A stretch of 64,000 nucleotides of DNA, from assembly GCF_001194135.2 (NCBI RefSeq), contig NC_069004.1, positions 1,893,639 through 1,957,638 of the forward strand, read 5' to 3'. The DNA comes from Octopus bimaculoides (Eukaryota). Each line of letters starts with the position of its first letter. Position 1 is the stretch's first letter. The translations under genes were made by a program, and so were the position numbers. Shown here piece after piece: positions 39,529 to 51,323 of the stretch. The notes under the pieces were generated by a model, which worked only from the letters and a program-made list of their open reading frames with translations, did not search any database and was not told the origin of the DNA.

Positions 39529-40999
39529 GAATCTGTTGACAGTGTTTTTCACAAGGAAGAAATGGGTCATGGTTACTCAAGCCATGACTTACCAGCCGCT
39601 CACTATACCCCCGATACGGGAGTTAGCTTTCTCTTAGATTCTCGTAAAGAAATACCAAACCAAGAAGCTGTACATATATCAGAGACCCCAGTTAGGCACC
39701 GCAAGTTGGGACCAATTACTCCTTCAAAAGACTGCTGCAAACCTGAAAATTCTACTGTTGATTCCGACATGAAATTGCTTCTGACTGATGAAAGATGGTT
39801 AGAAGCTGCCAGTGGTGGTGGTGGGCATCAGTCACAGGACGATGACTGCAGCATTAGTTCATGTCCACAATCATTCACATCATCGTTGGTGGGTAATTAC
39901 AGCCCACGTTCACTGAGGGAACGGAATCTGGTGATCGAAAACGACACTGACCGATCAGAAAAGACCAGAAGTACAAATAATTCACCAAATAAAGAAAACC
40001 CATTACCAAAGAATCCTCACAATGACAAGGTTAACATTAGTAAAAACTTGAAAGAAAGCAGTGTTTTGTTGACTCCACCATCTGAAGAGGACTCCCCTTC
40101 CTCACCTTATCAACCTCTAATAAAAAAAACAAAATTGTTAGAAGCTGATTCTGACAAAGAGGATGATAGTTCCGGAAGTACAAAAAATTATTTGAACTAT
40201 AACATTAGAGAGTCTCCTGATGATGACAATGACAATAGCATCTTTAGTGAGTTATCATTCTCATCAAAGAGCTTGAGTCCTCCTTCCAGACGGGACTGGA
40301 GTTTAGATGACGAAGAAAAAGATTTGTTGTCGCCACTATGTCACTCATCCAGTTTTGACCAATTTCCACAACTCCTGCTGCGACGGTTACGTGAATGTAA
40401 AAGTGTCTCCCCAGAATCTAACAGATCGATAACATCAGAGGATTGTCTCAGTCCAGACAGTCAAATAGAAGGAATTGTCCTTGAGCGCTGTGACAGCATC
40501 GATTCATCTATATTTGAGATAATTAACGATGTACCACAACAAATTGAAAAAGATGAGGTTTTGCGATTCCACGGCATCGAGGACGAACTACAAGATTTAA
40601 ATGATGAAATGGATGACTTAATGTCTGGTCTTTCTAATTTAAAATCTAAATGTTCAGGAATTAATCCTGAAGCAACAGACTTACAGAGACAGATGCTTCT
40701 ATCTGAACAAGCATACAATGCTTTACAGAAAGCGCGGTCCCACTGTGCAAAGAGGCCTGGGAGTTTAACTCCGGATTCTTCAATAGGGGACTTGCAATCA
40801 CCAGCAGATAACTTTTTGTCTTGGGACATGACAGATTTCCAACTTGATGGTTTATCTTATGACAATGAATCCAACGTGATTGGTATCTTAAATGAGCAAA
40901 ATTATGTGCCTTTTTCTGTGGACTCAGACAATAACTTTGACTTGTCTACACTCCAACATCCATTCCACAGTGATAATCAATACTATTCAGTTACTGAAG
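39529..40999 (+). CDS. OTULIN: OTULIN-family gene, large exon (~490 aa acidic, Ser/Asp/Pro-rich, probably disordered N-terminal extension)
   Basis: 1471-nt open frame (ORF 39490..41007) bounded by acceptor tttctcttttcag|GAA and donor GAA G|gtgagt; phase-1 end joins GA at 47304 to make Gly and continues into the OTU domain. Confidence 0.85.
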
Positions 41000-41339
41000 G
41001 TGAGTGATGTCTAATGCTGTCCTACTTCTCTTCTCTGCTTTGCTCTCATTCGCCAGACATTACTTTTTTTTAAAATTGCTGTTGTTCATTTACTTAATGC
41101 CCTATCACAGAACAAAATGATCTCTCTTTATCTATTCAAGGATTATATGACCAAATACATAAACTGTACATATGATCAATTTCTCGTTTATCTTGGCATA
41201 TTATTTTTAAGTGAGAGATGAGATTCTTTTCCAGCTGAAGACAACAATATGGTAACAAATTAGTTCGATAACATAATTACCAGCATTATCTCTTCGTAGA
41301 GAATTCTAAAAAAAATTATTATAAATATAAATGTATTTA

Positions 41340-41838
41340 CAGGGTGCAGTGAATAAACTGTCGTCTAAATTGGAAATAACACTGACATCTCATTTTAACA
41401 GATATATTTACCAAAATTACATAAAAATATCTTGAAATATTAAAGAGTAAATTTATTCAAGAAAATCGCCATTGGCTTCAATCATGGCCTCCAGACCACT
41501 TCGGAATCTCCTGCAACTCTTCTGGATGGTCTCCTTGTCTAAGTTGGTGAATGCTGCCATAATCTCTGCCTTCAGTTCATCTTTGGTGTTACAAGGAATG
41601 TTGTTGGTCTTTCACTCAACTGTGCCCCACACATAATAATCAAGGGGGTTGCAGTGTGAGTAGTTAGGTGGCCAGATGTTAGGGGTGATGTGGTTGCAGA
41701 AATTGTCTGACAGCCATGACTGGGTTCTCTTGCTTGTGTGGCATGGTGCAGAGTCCTGTTGCCGGACATAGGGTCTTCCAGCAGCCAACCTCTTGACACA
41801 GGGCAGCACTACCTCCTCCAGTCACTTGATGTAGGTCT
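41340..41838 (-). mobile_element. Tc1/mariner-superfamily DD37D (maT/mori) transposon 3' fragment
   Basis: Minus strand: ...VVLPCVKRLAAGRPYVRQQDSAPCHTSKRTQSWLSDNFCNHITPNIWPPNYSHCNPLDYYVWGTVE*KTN...ELKAEIMAAF...FRSGLEAMIEANGDFLE*; 37 residues between the last two Asp. Terminus TA|CAGGGTG at 41338-41346; internal stops. Confidence 0.85.
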
Positions 41839-42632
41839 CCATACAATCAAAGACACTTGCTCAAGGTCCTACACAGTGATATGGAACCTGACACCACCTG
41901 ATAATGAAGTGACCTCCATGTCCACATTGAAGCCATGCTTGTTTAAGAGTTAAATGTCTTTGCTGAAGACACCACAGTCGCTGTGGAGGAGAAATGATTG
42001 AGCATTGAATAACCCAACCAGCTTTCATATTCATTTATACTTTAAATTCATTATTCACAATTCAGAGATTTATTCAGACACGGTAATTAAATGCTGGATT
42101 GCTGTGAATTGAAAAGTCATCATAACCACTTCACTCTACAATGTCACAAAAACCATTTTAATTGCTTCACCTGGAAAAAAGAATATTAAAGATTATTACC
42201 ACACCTCTTTTACAGTTGAGTTGAAGTGCTTATGTAGGACATGCAAGATAATTTATCCCACTCAAATAATTAGCATAACATAAAGCGTAGTTCAGTCATT
42301 GTGTAATGATAAAATTATAATGATTAAGACATGAGTATTAACAAAGAAATTAAGCAATATGGGCTGAACAAAGTTGATAGTTTCATTTTGTTATATTAAA
42401 AGCCATATAAAAACCATACCAAAACTGACCTTATGCCAACCACTCCAAGAATGTAGTGGGTGCTTTTTACGTGCCACCAGCACAAGGGCCAATCAGGCAG
42501 CACTGGCAACAACCACAGTTGAATGGTGTATTTTACATGGCACTGGCACGGGAGGCACTCAAATGGTGCTTTTTACCTGCCACCAACACATGCATACATT
42601 TACATACTTACATATGTGTGTGTGTGTATATA

Positions 42633-42674
<42 letters not shown>

Positions 42675-42849
42675 CATTTACAACAGGTTTCTTCTTTTTT
42701 CTTTCTACCAACTCCATTTCCAAGGCTTTGGTTGGCTTGGAGTTATGGTAGAAGACACTTGCTCAAGATGTCATGCAGAGTCATTGGACCCCGCAAGACT
42801 ATATGGTTTGAAAGCAAGCTTCCTAACCACACAGCCATGCATGAGGTTA

Positions 42850-42901
42850 TACCACACCTGTGCCTATACCACACCTGTGCCTATACTACACCTGCGTCTA
42901 T
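42850..42901. repeat. 17-bp tandem repeat x3 (taccacacctgtgccta) at a SINE end
   Basis: Read directly; third copy diverged. Confidence 0.8.
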
Positions 42902-44114
42902 CTAGCTTGTTAATAAAGCTGAAACGGTTCAGTTATTAAAAACCTGCCACACATCAGTATCAACTCACCCACACATTCTTGTTTTCATTTCTTTCTTCCT
43001 CGATTTATCAATCTTTACTCTGAACTTAAGTCTTCAGTCAATGCTTTTATTGAATATCTTTGAGACAGGAGTGCATGCAGTATGCTCTTTTGCCATTGTT
43101 CTTCCTTACTTCTGTTTACCACTTGCTCACCCCATGAGAAGAAAAGTGCACATGAATACACAAACACAATAACATGTTTACAAGTTATATGCTTTCACAT
43201 ACATTTATGACTGCTTGTCAATTTTAGCTCAGTCAGTTTGACCTTGTTTAGCTACCACTGACCTTTAGCTGTAATTCTATTGGCTAAAAATTACAACTAC
43301 CAAAACTGCTTAAATATATTTAGATTGGTTAAAACCCGCTTGAAGTAGTTAGAAAATCTAGGAAAAAAACTAAATAGCTGAAAGTCTTCAGAGAAGAAGC
43401 CACCTCACCTTTGTGTAAATGTTTTGGCCCTTAATTCCTTATGTTCTAAGGGAGCCAGGCTGGGCTGCATCCTTGTCGTCACTCCTTGGTACTCCTCTGC
43501 TGCTACTTGTCTGCATTGCAACCTTCCTGGAAAGTTAAGGTGCCCTCAACCTATGTTGCAATCGGTACCAAAACCTAAATCTACCTTAGCAGAGACTAAA
43601 CACATGAAAGATTTCAGCCAATCAAATTACTTACTGCTTTGGCACATTTGGCAATCTCGTGAACAAGCATCTGAACTTCTTTCGTATTATAAAAAAGAGC
43701 TTTTCTAACATGTCTTTAAAGTTTATTTTCTGTCTCAGCCGGTCACTGCGCTTGGCTGAGAAATGGAATCTAAGACTTATCTTCAGATGAGTTGCAGGGC
43801 ACCTGGCCACTGTATACAATAAGTTCATTATTATTATTATTATTGTTATTTTTATCATCATCGTCATCATCATCATTTTAACATCTACTTTTCCATGCTT
43901 GCATGGGTCAAATGAAGTTTGTTGAGGTATGATTTTTTTATGGCCAGATACCCACCCCATAGCCAGACATGTTCTTACAGCATATTGGGAGTAAATGACA
44001 CTGCTTGTATAACAGTGATACTCGTTTACAACTTTTAAACAATGACAAGGCAAAGAGACAAACACAGAGAGAGACAGTCACACACACACACACACACACA
44101 TACANNNNNNNNNN

Positions 44115-44168
<54 letters not shown>

Positions 44169-44931
44169 GGTCCTCTTTTAGTTTCCATCTACCAAATCTA
44201 CTAACAAGGCTTTGATTGGTCCAAAGCTATAGCAGAAGACTATAGGCAGCATACAGTGGGAGTGAACCCAGAATCCTATGGTTGGTTAACAAACTCCTTA
44301 ACCACACATCCACATCTGCACCTGTCTTCTCATACATTCTCTATTGTTCTCACCTACTTGACAGGTTGCCATTAAATACAATGAAAGAACACACAAACAC
44401 ATACGTACTTCTTACCTCAATCTCTCACTGAATAGATAAGGTGAACATTTGAGCTACAGACGTATTCACTGTCACATTAAACAGTAAGCACATACATGCA
44501 CCCTCTTCGTTTCTTTTAAAGTATTTAGCTGTTGCTTTGTCTGATCTGTTGCAGTCAGGAACCATTAATTAAACTGTTGCAAAAATATGCTTTGCAGTAT
44601 TTGTTTTGGCTCAAGGCTGTGAGTTGGCAGAAACGGTAGCATGCCGGGCGAAATGTTTTGCAGTATTTTGTCTGTCTTTACGTTCTGAGTTCGAATTCCA
44701 TTGAGGTTGACTTTGCCTTTCATCCTTTGAAGGTCGATGAAATAACTACCAGTTGTACTCTGGGGATTGATGTAAACGAATTACCCCCATCCCCTACCTG
44801 AAATTTAGTACAGAAATTTGAAATCAGTATTTGTTTTGGCTCTTTATTTTCTAGGTTCAAATCTTGCAGAGGTCAACATCACCTATTGACCCTCCAGTCA
44901 AATACTGTTTGGTAGGGTGGGATCATGTTAA

Positions 44932-45151
44932 CACTTTTGTTACCATATTTATTTTGAGAGACTCTGTGTTTCTTTCAATTAATTTTAAGCATAACAAAGA
45001 ATTTAGTAAAATAACTGTTATTATTCAGCTAGTGTTAGGAACATAAATTGTGACTAAGGTTTGGTGGAAGATTTTAATTCAGAACTTATAAAAACAAGAT
45101 ATTTGTACTACAGAGCCAGAAGTGATTTCAGCTGGGTTGGTATGGAAAGGG
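44932..45151. mobile_element. piggyBac-type MITE family 2
   Basis: TTAA flanks at 44928-44931 and 45152-45155, ending GGAAAGGG|TTAA; second copy at about 9590-9792. Confidence 0.7.
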
Positions 45152-46985
45152 TTAATCAACTGACACCTTGGTTCAAATTTCTGGTCTTGTGCTTTTGTTA
45201 GAAATTATTCTTAAACAAGATGGAGGAGGGAGAGTTGGGTAGATTATTACCACAAAGAAAGTTATTTTTCATTTCTGGGCCTTTCCATATTTATATCTGT
45301 AACATTATAGCATATGTTGATATGATGATTAGAAGCTGCTGTTTGGCATCTCAGACATGCTGATACTTCACTCATGCTTGTGCATCACTCATGTCAGTGC
45401 TTTACTCATGCTAGCACCTCAATCGTTCTGCTTCCTCACTCATACTTGTGCCACAATAAAACACACCCAGTACAATCCATAAAATCATTGGCAAACAGGT
45501 GAAGAAAGTGTCGGGTTCAAGAGAAACTTTAGTCTTGCCTCACCAAGGACATGACAACATCTTTAGTTTTGGCGTCAAAGAAAAATGCACCATTTACACA
45601 CTATAAAAGGGTTCGGTGTTAGGAAGAGCGTCCAGCCATAAAAAGTAACACAAAATGATAAGACTTACAAGCATGGCCTAGTTGTCCCCATTTGTCCATG
45701 AAAATTGTGGATTCAAATAAAAACTGACTCAGACTCTGATCGCATATTCAGTTGACGTAAAATGTTGATGTACTCCCATAATAAAGTTAGTGCTATCACT
45801 AACCTGTTTGATCAGGTTCAATCAAGCCACCATCAGCCATTGTAGGTTGTATAAGAACGAAGTTGTTTATTTAGTAAAAAAGACTCTTGCTGACTTTATA
45901 CAATATAAATATATCTTGTAGGTATCGGCATATTTAGCTTACCCTATCGGATGCTAAACTATTTAGTTCTATTCATTTAGTGAGAAATGTGTAACTAACT
46001 TTAAACAATGTAAGCAGAAATGATAATCGTGGAGTGCATTCAAAAAATACACACACATAAATACATATATGTGCATACATTCACAGTAAACACCCATCAG
46101 TGTTTTTCCACATCAACGTTTTCCCATTTTCCATGTTACCCCACATTCATGTATATTTGACTTGTGTTTCTACAAAATTGCTGACCCAGTCTCTACAGCC
46201 TTCTTTTCCTTCTTGCTTTCAGACCATTTTACTGAAACCACAAACAAAACTCTCCCCTAAGTTAAGCAAAAACATTTTAGGTGTTTCAGTTGCCTTCCAT
46301 AGCTTTATTTTGTTTTATTATTCTCACATTTGGGTAACACTTCCTTTTTTTTTTTTTACTTAATATTTTCTTGTTTGACTCTTTTTATTTTTTAGTTTAG
46401 TCATCTTGACCAAACTTTTGCATGCAACACTCTTCAGGTTATGGAGCCAAAAAAAAAAAAAACAATTCTTTACATTTGCTTCTTACTTTAATCCTTTTAA
46501 GACCAACCTGCCTGAGACCGCTCCTGGTTTTATGATACAAACTTCCTGTTTCAAAGTGATCTAAATTAAAACTTTCCTTGGGTGGGGTTCGATAAATTAA
46601 GTACCAGTTGCGTACTGGATCGATCTAATCGACTGGCCCCCTCCCCAAAAATTTCAGGCCTTGTGCCTAGAGTAGAAAAGATTAAAATTTGCTTTGTAGC
46701 CATGTTTGCAGTTGGGGTCTTTGTAAAACTTGTCTTTTGCATGAACACATGGCTTATCCTGTAGATTATTTCTTTGGCATATNNNNNNNNNNATGACAAA
46801 TTATGTTTTGATAAGAACTTTGAATTGCTTGATATTATAAACAAATAAAAGAAATTATTTATACAGCAGAAGGTTATCTCAATTATTTTCTTCATAAATA
46901 TTGATATTAATTATTGATATTAATTATTGATATTAATTATTATTATAATAGGTGGCAAGCTGCCAGAAATGTTAGTTGTGTGCGA

Positions 46986-47017
<32 letters not shown>

Positions 47018-47303
47018 TTTGTTTTGTTTTGTTTTTATTTGTGGGGCAACAAGGCTACCATTGGTTCTGCAGTTTCAGCATCTTAACAGCAGGACCATTA
47101 GCTTCAGAATTCCATTGGTTTTAAAATTGGACTAACATAACAAAATAACCATCTGATTCTTATTCTTGTAACAACTGGAGTTCATTTTTAGGGCTTTGTA
47201 AGTTCTCAAATATTTAGAATTTAGTGTTTGCTTGCTTTTCTTTTTTCTTTTTTGATGGTGGTGGTCATGTTTTGTAAATCATTTATGGCTTCACATTTTA
47301 CAG

Positions 47304-47413
47304 GAACAGAAGATGATAAAAACATCATGAATGTAGGTCCTCGAAAAAATATACAAGAGTATGCTAAAAACCAATGGCGTGGGGAAACTCCAGAAGCTCA
47401 AAGATATCTCGAA
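47304..47413 (+). CDS. OTULIN: OTULIN-family exon, start of OTU domain
   Basis: ttttacag|GA ACA...CTC GAA|gtaagt; (G)TEDDKNIMNVGPRKNIQEYAKNQWRGETPEAQRYLE resembles the OTULIN/FAM105A stretch 'SV.pe.Di..Yc..EW(R/K)G.T' (recalled from memory, not searched). Confidence 0.9.
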
Positions 47414-48134
47414 GTAAGTATTTATGTTGTTGTTATTTTTATTTTGAAGGTGAACTGGCAGAACCGTTAGCACGCTGGACGAAATGCTTAGCGGTATTTT
47501 GCCCATCACTACATCCCAAGTTCAAGTTCAGCCGAAGTTGACTTTGCCTTTCATCCTTTCGGTGTCGATAAATTAAGTACCAGTGAAACATCGGGGTCAA
47601 TGTGATCGACTTAACCCCTCCCAACAAATTTCAGGTCTTGTGCCTAGAGTAGAAAGGGTTATTTTTATTTTGACATGGTGCTGGCATAGTCGTTACGGTT
47701 AAGAAGCTCTCTTTGCGACTACATAGTTTCAGGTTCAGTCCCACTGCACAGCACCTTGGGCAAGTGTCTTCTACTATAGCCCTGGGCCAACCAATGTGTT
47801 GTGAGTGAATTTGGTGAACAGAAACTGTGCAGAAGCTTAGCATACACATGCGTGCATATATCTTTGTGTTTGCTCCCACCCACAATTTGACACCTGTGCA
47901 GTACTGTTCAATTTAATGGTCTCAAGAGGCATTAAAAACATACATGCTGTCTGGAGATTTATAGAATTTATGAGAAGCAGAAGTGAAACATAAGCACAAT
48001 ATATCTAAGGCAGTCTATATCTAAATACATAAATCGGTCTATTAAGCAACAAGTTTTAACTTTTCATACTTTAATGAAGCTATCAAACTTGTATAACTTT
48101 TACTTCATAAACTTTCATTCTCTCCATATTTCAG

Positions 48135-48287
48135 GCTTATAATCAAGTACAACAGACTTTCGAATGCAACTACATACGAGTTATGCGTGGAGATAACTAC
48201 TGCGGAATTCGTTCCTGTATAGTTCAGGTGTTAATAAACGGAATTGCAATGAAACAGGAATTTGCCACAGCAGAAATTGTAAAGAAT
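48135..48287 (+). CDS. OTULIN: OTULIN-family exon carrying the catalytic Cys
   Basis: tttcag|GCT...AAT|gtaaga, 51 codons: AYNQVQQTFECNYIRVMRGDNYCGIRSCIVQVLINGIAMKQEFATAEIVKN. RGDNYC is the OTULIN Cys-loop; TGC at 48201-48203. Below the ORF-track cutoff. Confidence 0.93.
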
Positions 48288-49258
48288 GTAAGACAATATT
48301 TGCTATAATCTCAGCTGCAGAATGGTTTATGAAGTTAATTTTTCCTTCTATCTTTCCCACTTAGTCTGGGTTGAGCAAACCAATGGCTTGTAAATAGCCT
48401 CGCAAACAATAATCAGATTGGTGATGGCCACAGCAGAGATAGGCAAAGTTTAATCTAACCTTAGCATTTGCTGTTTTATCTTTAGTGCCGTACATCCCAG
48501 GTTTTGTGATTAATGAGCCTCGTAATACTGCTGGTATGTGTGTGTGTGTAGAGTGAGAGAGAGAGAGAGAGGAAGGGTGGCTTGATGTCATAGTTGTATT
48601 TTGGGATGTTGTACATATAAATAACTCTTGTTATTAATTAGAGGAGGGTGTAAAGGAGGCAAACTGGCAGACTTATTACAACATTGGACAAATGCCTAGT
48701 TGTATTTCTTTGACTCCTTACATTCTGAGTTCAAATTCTGTCAGGGTGAGCTTTGCTTTTCATTTCTTTCTCATCATCATTAATTAACATCCATTTTCAA
48801 TGCTGGCATGGGTTGGATGGTTTGATGGGAGCTGCACCAAGTTCCATTCATCTGTTCTGATATGCTTTATACAGCTGGATGCCCTTCCTAACGCCAACCA
48901 CTTTACAGAGTGCACTGGGTGCTTTTTATGTGACACCAGCACCAGTGCTTTTTTACATGGAACTGGGTTAGTAAAGTACCAGTGAAGTACTGGGGGTCAA
49001 TGCAGCCAACTAACCCCCTCCTCTAAATTACTGGCCTTGTGCCAAAATTAGAAAGAATTGTTAAATACTAAAGTGTGAGACGTGCATTATCTTACTAAGA
49101 CTGAATGTATTCCTCCATAATTCCAGTTCACTTTTTTGTTGTTAAGTTTTGACATTTCTCTTTCCTAATGAAGTCTAACTTTATTAATCCATAAAGTGTT
49201 GCAGCTTTCAACCACTCAAATGCTTACCTCAAGTTTTAAGCACAAAAAACATTTACAC

Positions 49259-49315
<57 letters not shown>

Positions 49316-49738
49316 ATATCTGATGACATGAAAGATGCAGGGACATATTAGCTTCATGCCAAATTTCAACAGTGCATATTCAGGGAACAAACAAATGTTT
49401 TTTAGTGCATCAAAGCAAGTAATATAAGCTCAACTTCACATAAAGGACCCAGGGTGAATATCTTTTTTTAAAGACATTTTTGGTGGGGAAAAACACTGCA
49501 AGTTATATATCATCAAGCATAGTAAACCTGTTACATTTACACAAAGCTAAAAAGTTTAACATTTCATAAGTCATTTTAATGTGTATTTTTTTTTTCTGTT
49601 ACTTGCATGCTTGGAAAGTTATATAGAATGTCATTGTCACTGCCTTGACCTTCTTAAAGTTAGATGTATATAATGCAAAGATTTGAAGCCTAGATATTTT
49701 CTCTGACATTCATCTAAATAATGTCTATACTTTTCTAG

Positions 49739-49861
49739 CTTTTAAACCAATATTTGGAGGAACCAGAATGGGAACTAAAGCGGTGGTCTTTTGCCAGGCG
49801 TTTAAACTACACTGATGTGAAAGAAATGCTGTTCTCCTGTATTGATGAATTTTATTCACAG
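49739..49861 (+). CDS. OTULIN: OTULIN-family exon (OTU helical region)
   Basis: ttttctag|CTT...CAG|gtactt, 41 codons phase 0-0: LLNQYLEEPEWELKRWSFARRLNYTDVKEMLFSCIDEFYSQ; fills the expected gap between the Cys-loop and the SRDTS exon. Confidence 0.8.
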
Positions 49862-50342
49862 GTACTTTGATTTTTATCTCTATACATAACTAAAATATGA
49901 GTTTTGGTGCTTAAGAAAGAAAAGCTTTTCAGTTTTCTGTCATTTTTCATCGAAGTCTACTAAACTGACATTGACCCTCTTACGAACCTCCTCTCTCTGC
50001 TTCATTTGTTGACCTCTAAATGCCTTTAGATGTCCATCTTAACACCTAACATCATTGTCCACATTTGTCAGTCAGTCTCCAACTAAAACCTGATTCAGTT
50101 ATTTTATGTTCTGTGCTGAAAGAGAATCACATATGTGTGTCATTATCATCATCCTCATCGTTTAACATCCACCTTCCATGCTGGCATGGGTGGGATGGTT
50201 TGACAGGAGCCAGCCAGGCAGAAACCTGCACCAGACTTCTGTGACTGTTTTGGCAGGGTTTTTCCAGCTGGATGCCCTTCCTAACATCACACACTCAGCA
50301 GAGTGGACTTGGTGCTTTTTATGTGGCACAAGCACAAGTGAG

Positions 50343-50382
<40 letters not shown>

Positions 50383-50620
50383 AGTACATACAAACAAACA
50401 ACAGGCTCCTTTCAGTTTCCATTTCCCAAATCCACAAGACTTTAACCAACTCAATACTATAGTAGAAGACAATTGCCTGAGGTGTCACACAGTGGGTTTG
50501 AACCTAAGACCAGATGGTTGGGAAGCAAGTGTCTTAACCACACAGCCACACCTTGATAGAGTTATTTCTTATTGTTTCTCGGCAGATAAAACAAATATTT
50601 CTTTCTTTCTTTTATTTCAG

Positions 50621-50887
50621 CATAACTTAGCTTTAGAGATGGACAAGACAGAGAGAGAAGACTGGGTGGAGGACCTCTTAAACAGAGAACCAATTGTTGA
50701 TATAAAAATAATGGAAGCTGCCAAATTGCTTATGATGCTTGATATAATTGACATTTATAAAAACCAACAAGCCGAAGATTATCCATTGTTCGTCCATTAT
50801 ATTTTTTCTCGGGATACATCTGACACTCCTGCAAAACTGTTGAAAAACATCCTGAATGCAGTCGGAGATTCTGGCAGTTTAGAACAG
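50621..50887 (+). CDS. OTULIN: OTULIN-family exon
   Basis: tttatttcag|CAT...CAG|gtatgc, 89 codons: HNLALEMDKTEREDW...EAAKLLM...YIFSRDTSDTPAKLLKNILNAVGDSGSLEQ; matches the family motif 'F(A/S)R(D/E)TS.dP..l..NhLN.VG..ggLEQ'. Confidence 0.93.
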
Positions 50888-51143
50888 GTATGCATCCTTT
50901 AGAAATGATGATTTGATTTCTTAAAAAAATAATAAAGTGTGAGGAAGAGGAGAGATCTAACTTTTGAAACAGGGCCTTTCTTGCCTGAAATATCAGTCAC
51001 TTCTTCATCACAGCAAATTTATTCCATCTGGTAAACTGCTTTGTTTCTTGTTTATTTTTTAAGATGTTTGAATGAAGAATTTTTTGATGGCCTTAAGATG
51101 AAAGTTGATCATTAATTGTTATGTTTTTTTTTTTCCTTTTCAG

Positions 51144-51323
51144 ATTGATATGTGCCTCTTAGGACATGCACTCGGTGTAAAAATAACGGTGCCTCGTCTA
51201 TATCGATATGGTAGAGATGATTTTATACATGGATTTCCTGATTTACTGAACCAAAATTGGGACGAGGTGTATCTCATTACCGAAGACGATAGACATTACA
51301 ACATTATAATAAAAGATAACTGA
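51144..51323 (+). CDS. OTULIN: OTULIN-family terminal coding exon with catalytic His and Asn
   Basis: ttttcag|ATT...TGA: IDMCLLGHALGVKITVPRLYRYGRDDFIHGFPDLLNQNWDEVYLITEDDRHYNIIIKDN*. EDDRHYN is the OTULIN His-loop (His 51294-51296, Asn 51300-51302). Confidence 0.93.
   Translation: MDMCLLGHALGVKITVPRLYRYGRDDFIHGFPDLLNQNWDEVYLITEDDRHYNIIIKDN

Noticed and set aside
40461-40829. 122-aa antisense ORF
   Set aside because: Shadow of the real + strand OTULIN exon.
50492-50620. N-terminal part of ORF 50492..50902 and alternative starts of other OTULIN ORFs
   Set aside because: Intronic or SINE sequence read through upstream of the true splice acceptors.
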